The notes under the pieces are model-generated. The model was not told the origin of the DNA and did no database searches. It saw only the letters and a program-made list of their open reading frames with translations. A stretch of DNA of 60,215 nucleotides, filler included, from Basidiobolus ranarum (lineage: Eukaryota): NCBI GenBank assembly GCA_040143965.1. It is 7 parts of 7 records of this genome, joined end to end, with 100 filler letters (N's around TTAATTAATTAA, not from the genome) between each part and the next. Parts side by side here need not be neighbours in the genome. Positions count along the whole stretch, not along the records: positions 8,640 to 17,172 come from JASJQH010000958.1; positions 17,273 to 25,800 come from JASJQH010000959.1; 5 more parts are not named here. One strand, given 5' to 3'. Positions 12,252 to 24,778 of this stretch are shown one piece after another (positions within the stretch are counted from its first letter, which is position 1; each line of letters begins with the position of its first letter). Position numbers and translations under genes: made by a program.

Positions 12252-13060
12252 TTGAAATGCATATCTAACTATAATACAAGCTTTTAAAGAGCTGATCACT
12301 TATTTAAACTTTTTGCTCTACAGCTGGGAACTACATGATCGATGCGGAACCTCATCCGAGCTATTCCGAGATATCAACATCCTCTAAACTAAATAACTAA
12401 TTCAACAGAATACAGCCGGTCCTACGATATTTCAGCATCACCTGATTTATTTCATCTTCCAATGATGTTAACCAATGTTGCAAAGTTTTGATATGTTTCA
12501 AGCCGATGTTTTATTACATGCCAAAGAAGTTTAAGGCATTCATAAATATTGCATGTAATAAGGTAACCAAGCTTAAACAAGCGCGCTGCACTTCATTAAA
12601 TACCGTGATACAGCCAAGTGATGATGTAAATGTGAAAAAAAATGGCAAGAATCACCAATTAGTAATACAAGAGTCACAACACCAACACGATCCGATACAA
12701 CTCTAGTTTTTTGGCATATTTATAATATTAAAGCGGCTTGATGAGGTGGTTTAAAAACGTCCACTTGAGATATATTTAACAACAATCTGGACTTCCAATA
12801 AATAGAATTCATTCATCATCAACAGTAACAGAATATACCACTCAGCCATCCAAAGCCAATCCTAAATGCTCGATCTGTTTAGTTGGCTCTAGTGTATTTT
12901 AGATGATGACTTATAAACACACGTTTCATGGCCTCTACTCAAAGTATATCTAATAGTTTCACAAAGCTGAAAATAGAGGCTGAACATGAAATATTTAAGT
13001 ACATGTGAAGTATAAAAGGGCAATGAAATCACTGATCAAAGAAAAACTCTTTTTTGCACG

Positions 13061-14224
13061 ATGAAGTGGCCGACCCTTTGCTCCTTCCTGATATTTGGCT
13101 GTCAAGCGATATCAGGCGCCCATGGCTTGGTTGACCCGCTGAAGCCTACCTCCAATATAGACACCATGACTTTTGGACCTGCCCTAGAAGTAGTACACGA
13201 ATTTCACCAACAAATGCCAACAGGAGTGGCGGTAAGTACCAAAGGTCGTGTATTTGTCAGTTACCCAAGATGGACGAACGATGTGAGATACTCTGTCGCT
13301 GAGATCATTAATGGGAAAGAAATCCCCTACCCATCTTTATCCATGCATCCAGAAACATCGGAAATTCAATCGGCCAACGTCACTCACAAGTCGTTCAAAA
13401 ACTTCATTGTGAGTGCTCAGACGATCGAGTTGGACGGCCAGGACAGGCTTTGGATTGTCGACACTGGGAGTGTATTCCGAGGAAAGACGGTTAAAGGAGG
13501 AAGCAAATTAATCTGCTTTGATCTTCGAACAAACAAAGTGGTGAAAAGCATCATATTCAGTGATCCGGTGATTCATGATATTTCCTATATTAACGATGCA
13601 AGATTCGATTTGTCTCGCGGTTATGCTTACATCACTGATTCAAGTTCCAGACCTGGCCTAATCATAGTTAATTTGAAAACTATGAAAGCGTGGAGAAAGT
13701 TGAATGAACACCCTTTCACCTTGGCTACCGATAAATTTGTCCCTATTGTAGAGGGGGTTCCTATCCAACCAATTACTAACGGGGTATATGGACATATGGA
13801 CGTTGGATCCGATGGAATCTCACTGAATGCCGATGGAACCCGACTTTTTTGGTGTCCACTGTCTTCACGCTTACTCTTCAGCGTTGACACCAAACTATTG
13901 ACCGATCCCAATCTTCAAGATACAGATCTGGAAAAATCCGTGACACAGCATGGAGATAAAGGCGGCGGTGCTGATGGTTTGGAGATCGACTCGAAAGATC
14001 GGCTTTATATGACAAACTATGAACACAACTCAATCAATAGATTTTATGCAGATACTGGTAGGATCGAACCTTTTGTTCGCGATCCTAGAAATATTTGGCC
14101 GGACACGATGCACGTTACCGATGGCTATTTGTATTGGATTGCCAATCAAATCAACCGAGAGAGCGGTATCAGGCCTTTCTACATGTTCAGAGTGCCAATA
14201 GATGCTAAAAGAGTGCTTCTTTAG
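13061..14224 (+). CDS. Secreted Yellow/major royal jelly protein-family beta-propeller, bacterial type
   Basis: Signal peptide plus MPTGVAVSTKGRVFVSYPRW, DGQDRLWIVDTG, YINDARFD, AYITDSS, GSDGISL, ADGLEID and WPDT motifs. Intronless, with TATAAAAG at ~13011. Confidence 0.9.
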   Translation: MKWPTLCSFLIFGCQAISGAHGLVDPLKPTSNIDTMTFGPALEVVHEFHQQMPTGVAVSTKGRVFVSYPRWTNDVRYSVAEIINGKEIPYPSLSMHPETSEIQSANVTHKSFKNFIVSAQTIELDGQDRLWIVDTGSVFRGKTVKGGSKLICFDLRTNKVVKSIIFSDPVIHDISYINDARFDLSRGYAYITDSSSRPGLIIVNLKTMKAWRKLNEHPFTLATDKFVPIVEGVPIQPITNGVYGHMDVGSDGISLNADGTRLFWCPLSSRLLFSVDTKLLTDPNLQDTDLEKSVTQHGDKGGGADGLEIDSKDRLYMTNYEHNSINRFYADTGRIEPFVRDPRNIWPDTMHVTDGYLYWIANQINRESGIRPFYMFRVPIDAKRVLL

Positions 14225-15727
14225 CACTGATGGCTTTTCCAGTATGCGTTTCTTATAAATAAAGTATATAACTTTGCTTATTGCCTACATCATCAGCTTA
14301 ATATCGTTATAGTGAACGCATTACTAATCGCTGTAAATAACAAGCCCACTTGTGTGAGTATTGTACAGTTATCCATATAGTCAATATATCCCGTTCTACC
14401 TGTGTAATATTCGCTTCATAGAAGCCCAACTTAAATAAAAACCTTTCTAACGTTTCCTCAAGTTGAGATTATTAAGACAGTTGGTCAAGCAAAGGGCACA
14501 TTTTACTAACATCAAATCCTATAGAAAATGTAGATCTAAGATCTAGAACAGTCGGAGACATATACTAAATAGGCATATTAAATATATGCTAGCCGATGTG
14601 TTAGTATGCTCAAAATATACAATGTTCTTTAAGAGTGTTCGTGAATAGCTCAGGAATATGGCCAATTAATGTATAAATCACCCATCCGTTATGCATGACC
14701 CACTAACCCCATACCTAGCATACATATATCTAACACAGCCAAGAGCAGTAAGAATACACACATTACAGTCCAGATGCCACTGATCCTCTGCCAGGTAACA
14801 GATCCAGATCAATGCTTCATTGTCAAACGAGTAAGCAACAAGTACGCCATAACTATGTATAGGATTCCGGAATGATAATAGAAAGCAAATATTAAATTCA
14901 CGGACTGACAGGAAGGAGCCATCATCTTTGGCAAAACAAGCGCTGTGAATGAAATTTAAACTTTCCCTTACTTGCCGCTAGTTCAATCACAAAAGCAGTT
15001 GAGACAAGGAACTAGATTACTTTATCTTATTGAGACAATGCTATATGTATTGGAATTGGAATAAGGCGATTCTATCGATTAGTGGGATATGTGCTACCCT
15101 CGGAAATCCACAGAAGAATCGACTAATCTTGTACCACTACATCGTGTACTAAACATTCTCCACTCACTTTCATTGGAATTTTACTTTTTAACCCTAACCC
15201 TAATCCATTGTACGGCAGTGGTGAAGATATCGGTTTCCCCATCCCCATCACCCTTTGCCTTACATAAACCGGAATGTATTTACATCTCGTTTCTGTTGTT
15301 GTGAAACCACCTCTCCCAATGAAATAGCTGATTTGAGGCTGAAAATATTGGTAGAATACTAAGCCTACATCGTAGTAGATCTTGCAGCTCAATTCTCCTT
15401 TATTTTGCTGTTGGGCTGTTGCGTTGCAAGTACTCCTCTACTTGGTTAACCTTTCTCATTCCATGTAAGGAAACTTCCAAGTTAGGCCACAGTAGAATGG
15501 GAATATCTGCCAATATAGGACTATTCAACATGTACTTATAAAATAACCGATATTGAGATCAGACTATGTATTTGTGGATCAGATATGGATCAGAGGTGAA
15601 TCAAACCCTACGCTTTGACACATTTGGTCACCTTGCACCCTCCAGCATGATATAAAGGTCCCGCCTCCTCCTCTCCACTCTGTTAATCATTTTCTTCACA
15701 ATAACTCTGCTAGATTTCCCTACACGT

Positions 15728-16972
15728 ATGGATCCCTATTATTATCGAACTGAGATACACCCAGAAGGGCTATCTGAGCACACCACCCCTTCATCACATT
15801 ATCTCACCAACTCACGAACTCTACCTCAGGTCTTTCTAGCAAGTAAGCGTGCCTTTTCTTTGATCTCTAAAGCAAAGTGCTAATGTATTTTGTTGATAGA
15901 TTCCAGAGTCTCGCCTGAGTTTCAAGGTAGATCTAATAGTAATGAAGTAAAAAGTGGATCCACAACATCATCTAGATATGAGCCATACCCAAAGCATTCC
16001 TCCAACTCCTATCCATCATTGGTGGCGACTGAAAGTCCTCAGAAGGTAGAGGTGAAAATCAACGAACCATCTTTCTATCGCGATTATTGCAATAAGCGAC
16101 ATGACTATCAATCACCTGAAATAGACTCTCAACTACATTCTGCGATACAATCTATATTGACCGAATTTGAGTCAAAAAAAACCTTCACTACTACTGATAC
16201 TTCATCTACAGCCAAAAGGAAAAGAGCCAGCAGTGAGCAATTAAGGATTCTCAAGCAGGTCTTTGAATACACTTTCTTTCCATCCACTGAGCTTAGAAAT
16301 GAACTAGCCAGAGTGCTTGAAATGACCCCTCGTGCTGTTCAAGTCTGGTTCCAGAATAGACGACAATCCTGGAAATCCTCCAAGGGAAAGGGACCCAATG
16401 GGAAAGAAAGTCATTCTCCATGCTCGAGTCCTCTGAAAGGTCTCTCCCCTGCGAGATTCGACTCCCCCGCACTATCCCCACCAATTTCAAATGAGGCACA
16501 CAGCACCGGCTACATCTCCATGAAATCAACTGTAGTACAAGTACCAATGGACAGATTCGGTGGGCCTACACTAGATAGTACTTCTGTTTCTAGAGTCTCA
16601 GGTTCTCAGTATTCACCCCCCAATAACATAGATTTCAAGGCTAGTCAACGCGAACCTACTGTTGAGTCTCTAGCCCCTTTTGGTATGCTTAACTCGGGAA
16701 GCCATCAACAAGTCTCGGAAACAACTCGGATACCGTATGGTCATAGTGGTAAATTGCCATCATTATTGGAAATGGGGATTGATTCACGGAGCAACACATT
16801 GAAACCTTTACCTTATAACCATAATCAAAGCCATCGGATTCATCATTCGGCTATTCCCGAAAAACGGAATTCCAATTTTTCTGAACAAGGGAATCACTAT
16901 ATGCCATACACCTCCCCTATGCCATACACCTCCCCTATTCCCACCCATTTTCCGCTCACCAAAAATCATTGA
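15728..16972 (+). CDS. Homeodomain transcription factor (Yox1/Yhp1-like); intron 15843-15899
   Basis: KRKRASSEQLRILKQVFEYTFFPSTELRNELARVLEMTPRAVQVWFQNRRQ. An in-phase GTAAGC...CTAAT...TAG intron and a TATAAA at ~15651 are present. Confidence 0.9.
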
Positions 16973-17172
16973 AAGCTATGACATTGTATGTTAGGCGAAT
17001 CTAATCGATATTCCTTAATTATGTTTTGTATGTAATATAGTCTCAACATGTATACTACTACTTTGACTATCTGTTTCGTTGACTACTAGAAAATCTCAAT
17101 AATACTTAGACCTCATTTGAACAGAAACCCCGTATATGCGTGTCCATTAACGTATCCATTAGTGTTTCCATT

Positions 17173-17272
17173 NNNNNNNNNNNNNNNNNNNNNNNNNNNN
17201 NNNNNNNNNNNNNNNNTTAATTAATTAANNNNNNNNNNNNNNNNNNNNNNNNNNNNNNNNNNNNNNNNNNNN
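17173..17272. other. Artificial contig linker
   Basis: Same 100-nt N/TTAATTAATTAA spacer. Confidence 0.97.
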
Positions 17273-20200
17273 TTTCCATCATTTTCAAGACAGTTTCGAC
17301 ATACTCGTACTTCTCCTCTAGTGGAACTTCCATAGGTTGACGCATTTTAGCTGAGAATTGTAAAGCTTCACGAACAGTCAAATTGGGATTATGAACATCC
17401 ATTTGTTCAACATATCCAGTGATACGTTCAAAATCTATATGCAAAGCGTTTCCGTTCAAGAAGATATCTCCTTCTACAACTCCAATGGTTTTTCTCTTTG
17501 CGAGCACGTCAAGTAATGTGGTCTTACCAGCACCAGAAGAGCCCATAAGGGCGGTCATCTGTCCTGGCTTGATCCAACCTTCACAGTTGTTCAGAAGTTG
17601 TAACTTGCCACCTTGGAAGGGAACAGTGTAATTCACTCTATCCCAGGTAAATATACCAGCTTCAGCAGCGAAGTTGTCACCCATGTTGTCATATGCAGCC
17701 TGAGCCTCTTGGACTCGCTGTAATTCTTCTTCATCAGAATGTCCCGGGGCTTTTCCGGCTTTGTAAACCTTCTTCACGAAGCCACCAGTTACCCAGTTAA
17801 TCTTCTCCATGGCAAGCATATTGCAAGCTACAAAGAATAACCAAAAGAGTAGCACAGCGATAATGTCGAGGCTCATTTGTGAAGTCAAATATCCATAAGC
17901 AGACTCAAGGTAGGCATCTCCTGTGACAAATAGTTCACCTGGTTTAGCGCCAGCAAGGACACATACTTGATGAGCGGCATCAGTGTAACCTGGTCCACTA
18001 GGTGCCAAACCGGGGCCAACACAAGGAAACTTGAGTCCACGCATTTCATTGGTGAACAAGGCTTTAAAAGCATAGGCATATGGATCAATCCAATAAATCC
18101 AATATAACTGTGGAGATGAATGAAATTCTGTGTTATTCATTATCTAGAATCAATGTAAGCCAATGAAATACGTACCCAAGGATGCATCTTATTATATGGA
18201 ATGGAGAAACCACAGTATGTAATCAATGTAATCAGGACAACACCAGTGAGCTGAAATGCAACATAAATCGAAGGACTGCAATTACCGAGTAATCTATCAT
18301 TATAATAAGGCAAATATGAAGAGCGTTAGTTCAATGTAATTCAAATGTGATGTATGGAAAGAGCTTCCTTACCTGAAAAGATCCGTTGTAGCTAAGGTCG
18401 TCAGAACGTTGGTAAATAGGAAAATGAAGAACTTTCCAGCATCTCTATCCAGACCAAACATGAAGTATGTAATAATAGCATACATCAGACACTGTACAAC
18501 AACGATAGGTATATCTGTAACTACACGGGCAATATGAAATGCGGATGGATGATACATGGCGTAAGACTTGTGTTTTTGTAAGGTCATACGACCTGTTAGG
18601 ACATTAGGTAATTCGGCTTGAGACAGGAAGGCATTGAATAGAAGAGAACTTAGAAGTGCACCACCTCTTTGGAAGGCACCAGTAGAATTTAGACCCATTA
18701 AGTAGAAAACGGAACCGTAGACAAAGCCTTGGATGAGGACGGAGAGATAACGTTCATATAATGCATGTTTGTCTCCCCATAAGATTTGGAATTGACGTGT
18801 GGTAAGAGCAACAACTTGTTCATAAAAATTGGCAGAGTAGACACTGCTGTTGGGAACACCTTTCTGCTTGATTTCTTTAACATATTCTTTAAATTCAGCA
18901 GCGGGTTGTTCACTTTCTATCTTGGCCTCATAGTCGGCTATGTTCTGAAGAAGAGCCTTATAATCTTGAGATTCTTGGAAATATCTTTCGAATTCTTCAG
19001 GGCTCTCTGGCACTCTACCTTCGAATCCTTTAGCAATAATACGTTCATTTGGATTCGTGATACCAGTCAGGAAATCAGGAATACTCTTTCTTGGTTCACA
19101 GGTGTATCCCATCTCCATGAAATAATCCTTTGCCCGATCTTTTGGCCCGAAAAAGATACAACGCCCTAGATAGAGGAGCATAACTTTGTCGTAAAGATTA
19201 TAGATACTATCGGAAGCCTGGTATAATGTGGATATCGTGGTTTTGTTGAGCGCATCGCACTGAATACGAAGAGATTTGTTATAATCTAAAGCACTTGCTG
19301 AATCGAGACCTCTGGTTGGACAATCCCAAGTTGCGATCGCACTACGAGCAGTCATAGCTTCGGAGATGGTCATACGCTTTCTTTCACCACCAGAAAGTCC
19401 TCTTACCCAGGCGTTACCAACAAGCTGTTTGGTGAAAATGAATCCTGTTAGAAAATGCCGATTCCTGTTTTACATGTATGATAGTACTCACCGTATTCTC
19501 TTGCTTCTTTAAGCCAAAGATTTTCAAAAGAGTATTCATGAAATCTTCCTGGAAATCTTTACGACTAATACCAGGTAAACGACGAGCGGGAGTTTTCATT
19601 TTTAATGCAAAGCCCAAAGTCTCCTTGACAGTCAGTTCTGGGTAATGTGCATCTTCTTCCATACAATAAATCGCTTCACCAAGATATTTACCAAAATTTT
19701 CTGCGGAAATACCACCAAATTTAACATCACCAATGATATTAAGGAATCCTTGTCTAGAGTTTGCGAGAACACGTAATAAACTCGAACAACCAGAACCTGG
19801 TCGGCCTAACACCAATAACATCTCCCCTTCTGGGCAATAACCGGTAACGTTGTGAATGATGTCGAATTTAGTACCTTTCCTCCCCTCTTTGCACCTATTG
19901 TTCCAATAAAGTTAAATATGGCATCATTTAAAATAGATCGGAGAGTGTACTTACCATCCTAAGGGGTTGAGCAATTTACCAATAGCTTTAAAAGGACTGA
20001 GAAGTGTCAATATACTGGATGCATCACTACCTTCCCCGACAATGGTAAGGTTTTTAAAGGTCACACCCATGTGATGTCTACGGATGCCATTCTGATCAGC
20101 AACACGAATGCCAGATTCCAAATAATCTTGGAAATTGAATTCCTCTTCTTGTTGGGGACCCTTTTCAGGATCGTTATGATTTGTCGATTGTCTTGATTGT

Positions 20201-20403
20201 ACTTTTAGTGATTGCTTCGTAGAAACTCTCGATATACGGCGCTCAAGATCACGAAACATCTCAGTGTTGCGCTTTACATCGATGCTTTCCTCGGAATCAT
20301 TAATATATGTAGAGTGGTCATCGTCTCCTAGAGCATAGGACACATTTGTGTTTTGGGGATTTGAGTTGGGCGACTCGTGTGGTGTCCCAGGTTGTTGTGA
20401 CAT
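17273..20403 (-). CDS. PDR-type full-size ABCG transporter, 3' end truncated at contig edge (multi-exon)
   Basis: NBD1 has the degenerate Walker A GRPGSGCS, signature LSGGEKKRMTISE and WDCPTRGLDSASAL. TMD1 follows, then NBD2 GSSGAGKTTLLDVLA and GYVEQMDVH. Confidence 0.95.
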
Positions 20404-21034
20404 GGCACTATTCTAAAACTCTAATAAGCACTAGGATTCTTAAAGTCTGTTTTCAAAAAAGAAATTAGAAGAGGTAGAATGATTTGGTTAGCACTCTTAG
20501 TTGTGACTTATATACAAATCAGCTCTCGATCGAAATGGATGAGATAAAGAAAATTACGGCTTTATCCATAATAGGAAGAACTGGTTCTTTTGCACCAATC
20601 GGTGGTCAATCTGAATTTTATCCGCTTAATCAAGAACAAGTATTAGTATATATAGGGAAAACACCAGAATTTTGCAAATCGGTGATTGGGCAAACCTCAC
20701 TGCGGACACTCATCACGATTTTCATAATAAAAATAACATTGTGGATTTTAAAGCTTATCATGAACGATAATGAGATTTTCACCCACAAACTCTAATAATA
20801 TTCAATAGAAATCTACTTCATTTTTATTCTGATCGGCGGTAATTTCGGTTTAGGTTTAATTTAGCGACGGCATTGAATTAGTAAGCTAAGGGTTGGTTAC
20901 TCAACAAATATTTAACCCCATGTCGAAGATTGAGATCTGAGGCAAGTGGATCGATCGCTTCACTCATAACCTTATCCATCACCAATAATAATAATATAAT
21001 ATCCTGCGGAGTATGATGATGAAGTAATGGTCAA

Positions 21035-21067
21035 CTCGGCGGTTTAGCTCGGCGGTATAGCTCGGCG
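21035..21067. promoter_or_regulatory. Three tandem 13-bp CTCGGCG units upstream of the PDR gene (possible Zn2Cys6 sites)
   Basis: ctcggcggtttag-ctcggcggtatag-ctcggcg, ~630 bp upstream of the ATG. Confidence 0.35.
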
Positions 21068-21769
21068 ATTACGGCTAAATAATAGCCTTAGCTTAATTGA
21101 CTTAATGCTAATGATTATAACTAAAAACCTGTGTACCACTTACTAATATTGAAAAGTAATTGCGGAAATCTTAGAAATACCCCCATACACTTTCACCGGT
21201 TTGGTTCCTAAACACAAGTTCTCACAGTTCATCAGAATTTATCTCCTTACTGACAGTAATATATTACTAATAAGAATACAATCGAACCAACCTTACTCAA
21301 CATCTAAAAACATGAGTCTGTAGTCTTCAGTACTGGAGAGGAGTTCCAAGTGTGCAGTAAGAGAATTGAAAATAAATATATGATTCGTAGTGAAGATGGT
21401 TGAATACCACTCAATATTATAGGTATACTTTGCACACATTTGTCAGCGACGAGTTGTTGGTGTTTAAGATTTGTAAAAGAAACATATGGTGAATCATCAA
21501 AGAAAAAAGTGAGAAAACATCTGGAGCTTTACTGAACCAAAAAGACAGTTAAGTGCAAATCTTGGAGCTGTTTAAGTAGGGGATATCAGCATAACAAATC
21601 TTACCAATATTAGCTTTGAGAACAAGAAAGGTTTGCTATTTTATGATAGAGAGGTTATTTACTAGGCAGCAAGGCTTGATATTCTGTGGATGGTGGATAG
21701 ATTAGGATTTGATATATATGAGAAAACATATCAAATTTGGTGAGATATGGATTGTTGAATGGTTAATAC

Positions 21770-22098
21770 TGTTGAAATTAGCATTGCCTACACACCTATA
21801 TAGTCATATATAGCTTAGTACTTAGTTATCTGATAATTCCCTAAGATATTATCCATTATTATCATAAGGAATTTACTTATAGGTTTGAAAATATATAGAT
21901 TTTTATAACTTGTGCTAGAAGCTCAAAACTTTGCACACATGTTCCTGGGACCTTCTGTAACATATTCTACATGTTAGTTTGTTTACATCTTGACAAAACT
22001 AGAAATGTCAACTTTCTACTCAATTAATTAATAAGTGAAAACCACCAATTCCTCTAATTCTCCAAACCACTTCCAACAGGCTCTCAAATACTTTAACA
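21770..22098 (+). mobile_element. Solo LTR, Copia family 1
   Basis: TGTTGAAATTAGC...TTTAACA ends with a perfect 5-bp TSD (AATAC) on both sides. Confidence 0.9.
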
Positions 22099-22302
22099 AA
22101 TACTGATTCAATATCTTAGTTAACTTTAGTTATGAATCATACATCAGAAGCATGAAAGCCTTGTGTCTATAGCCTCTATATTTAATTAAGGAATATCTCT
22201 ATATATATGTAACTTGCATATCTTATTGCCCCCATCAATATCTTATATCTTATTATACAAACTCCTTAGTATTTCCAACCATTGATTAAATTAGGTAATC
22301 AA

Positions 22303-22650
22303 TGTTAAAGTATTTGGGAGCCTGTTGGAAGTGGTTTGGAGAATTAGAGGAATTGTTGGTTTTCACTTATTGATTTATTGAGTAGAAAGTTGACATTTAT
22401 AGTTTTGTCAAGATGTAAACATACTAACATGTAGAATATGTTACGGAAGGTCCCAGGAACATGTGTGCAAAGTTTGGGGCTTCTAGCACAAGTTTGAAAA
22501 ATCTATATATCTGAGAACTTCTAAGTTGGTGTCAATATTCTAAGTAAATTCCTTATGAGAATAACTGGTAATATCTTAGTGAGTTATAAGATAACTAAGT
22601 ACTAAGTTATATATGACTATATAGGTGTTTAGGCAATGCTAATTTCAGCA
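22303..22650 (-). mobile_element. Solo LTR, Copia family 1 (inverted relative to the previous copy)
   Basis: Reverse-complement match to the 21770 copy with a perfect TSD (ATCAA). Confidence 0.9.
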
Positions 22651-22674
22651 ATCAAATGTTGGTACTGCTGAGGT

Positions 22675-23150
22675 AAGCAAACAAATGTGTAGAATGTGCT
22701 TAGTAAAATCCCAGGAACATGTGTGCAAAGTTTGTGGCTTTTAAAATAAGTTTGCAAAAGATATATATCTTCAAACTTCTGAATAAATTCCTATTAAACA
22801 TAGTGGGTGATATCTGCTGAAGTATTTTGGGGACTTGTTACAAGTGGTTTGGAGAACTAGAAGAATTGAAGGTTTTCAATTATTGATTTATTAAGTAGAG
22901 AGTTGACATTTATAGTTTTGTCAAGAACCAAACAAGCAAACATGTAGAAAGCGCTAAGAAAGGTCCTAGGGGTATGTGTGCAAAGCTTAGAGCTTCTAAC
23001 ACAAGTTTTAAAAATCTCTCTATCCAAGAACTTCTAAGTAGGTATCAGTATTTCAAGTATATTCCTCTTAGCAATAATGATTGATATCACTTCAATAGAG
23101 AATAAGTAAGTGCCAAACTAAATATGACTATATAGATATCCAGGCTATAC
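22675..23150 (-). mobile_element. Older, degenerate family-1 LTR fragments
   Basis: Two partial reverse matches (gaacatgtgtgcaaagttt; aagtggtttggagaac...atatgactata). Confidence 0.7.
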
Positions 23151-23249
23151 TTTTTTCAACAAAAAAGATATCAAAATTCTGACGGAGAGAATTTAGTAGG
23201 TGCCCAGCTTTTATGCCATGTAAAAGAATATAATATTGGAGTTGTTTCA

Positions 23250-23372
23250 TTTTGCCAGGGATTATTGGACCTGGGCTAAATATATTAAAGTAATTGTGAT
23301 TGAAATTGATTGTGCCAAATTGTGGTGCATAAAACTTAAAATATCGAGCACAATCTGGCACTATCGTAGGGA
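23250..23372. repeat. Dispersed repeat with internal inverted repeat (second copy at ~39255-39415)
   Basis: Both copies share aatatattaaagtaa..gtgattgaaattgatt..gcacaatctggcactatc. Confidence 0.6.
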
Positions 23373-24320
23373 ACCACTAGACCCATTGATTAGGTGCTAG
23401 ATCATAGTATTTTGACAAGACAAGGTTAAGCTACTAGAGGTAGAATTAGCCTAAGATTTGCTCAATGTTTGTAGAGTTTAGAACTAGTTACGAAGCTGAA
23501 ATTAAGCCTAATTAATATCTAGGTAAAGATTCGTGGATATTTGACCAAGTTTGCTAATGAGAGATTCAGATGATTATATATTAGAAATACTTTGCAGATG
23601 TACTTTAAATATGGTAAGCAGGATACACAATGCTTGATTAAAATATTTCAACCATTGAAGTGTATTCTAGAAGTAGTCATAGTCGTAAGAAACTCCTTAT
23701 AATATTGTTTTTTCAAAATCTCGTGTTTCTTTCACAAGGTTTGAAAGTGCTAAAATTTGCATCTATATGGGAAAGGAAACTAATCCTACTGAAGCATGTG
23801 CCAAGTATTATCGATCTTTCTATAATTGATCGATTAACTTATTAATGGACGCTATCAAATTAACTTCAACAATCAATTATCAAGATTTAATTCAATATGT
23901 CCATATGGGATCATAATGAAATCGAAGCATCTACTTTCCACCATATACCGATACCACTTGGAACATTCGTATGTTGAGGCATTTTAGCTTAATGAAGGGT
24001 ATCTGAAACACTAGTGGAATAATATCACATTTGTACAAGTTATCGGTTGAAACGACTGTCAGGTATTTGTATTCAAGCTTGTTGCTGCCGTTATCGCCAT
24101 CGTTACGGTTGCTTGGTGGTTACTCTCCAACCCAGGTGAAAGTACTGACTTGTGGATGCTCCTCAAGTACGCAGTAACATTAGTCTAAAACAAAATTGCT
24201 TGATTTAGATAAATATCATTTTGAAAAAACAACAGATTCCATCGTTCCAGTAAGTGGGATTGTTTGATCTAGACATGATCGATTCCGCAATATAGGAAAT
24301 TAATTTTCCAACTAAGTATA

Positions 24321-24362
24321 GATTCATCTCAATTCATCTCAATTCATCTCAATTCATCTCAA
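24321..24362. repeat. 10-bp tandem repeat (AATTCATCTC)x4
   Basis: Directly visible upstream of the sugar transporter gene. Confidence 0.9.
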
Positions 24363-24629
24363 ATATCCCAAACCACTTTGTAGAATCAGTCTGATTTGAG
24401 GATTTGAGTGGCACTCCGACAATGTGGCTAGTGCTAATTATTGGAGTATCTTGGTTGTTCACCACTGACACAGTTGGCTGAAATAGTATGCATAGGGTAT
24501 GACATGATTGGCACGTACGCAGAGGGTAAGAAAGATGGAGTAAGAGGAAGGACCATTGCTTATGACGAAAAGGCTTATAACCACCGTCACAAAGATCTTT
24601 CTTCGGATAGAATGCTAATGAGGCGCCTG

Positions 24630-24695
24630 GATTCAATGGTAAATAATTCAATGGTAAATGATTCAATGGTAAATGATTCAATGGTAAATGATTCA
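24630..24695. repeat. 15-bp tandem repeat (GATTCAATGGTAAAT)x4 just upstream of a TATA box
   Basis: Directly visible; TATAAAG follows at 24711. Confidence 0.9.
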
Positions 24696-24778
24696 CCTCA
24701 ACCTTTTGCTTATAAAGACTAAACTCTCAAAGCTTGAACAACAAAAACAATTCCAACGCTTACTCTTCGCATCTACAA

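Noticed and set aside
24349-24722. ORFs with repeated NHLPL or SMVND peptides
   Set aside because: These are translations of the 15-bp promoter minisatellite.
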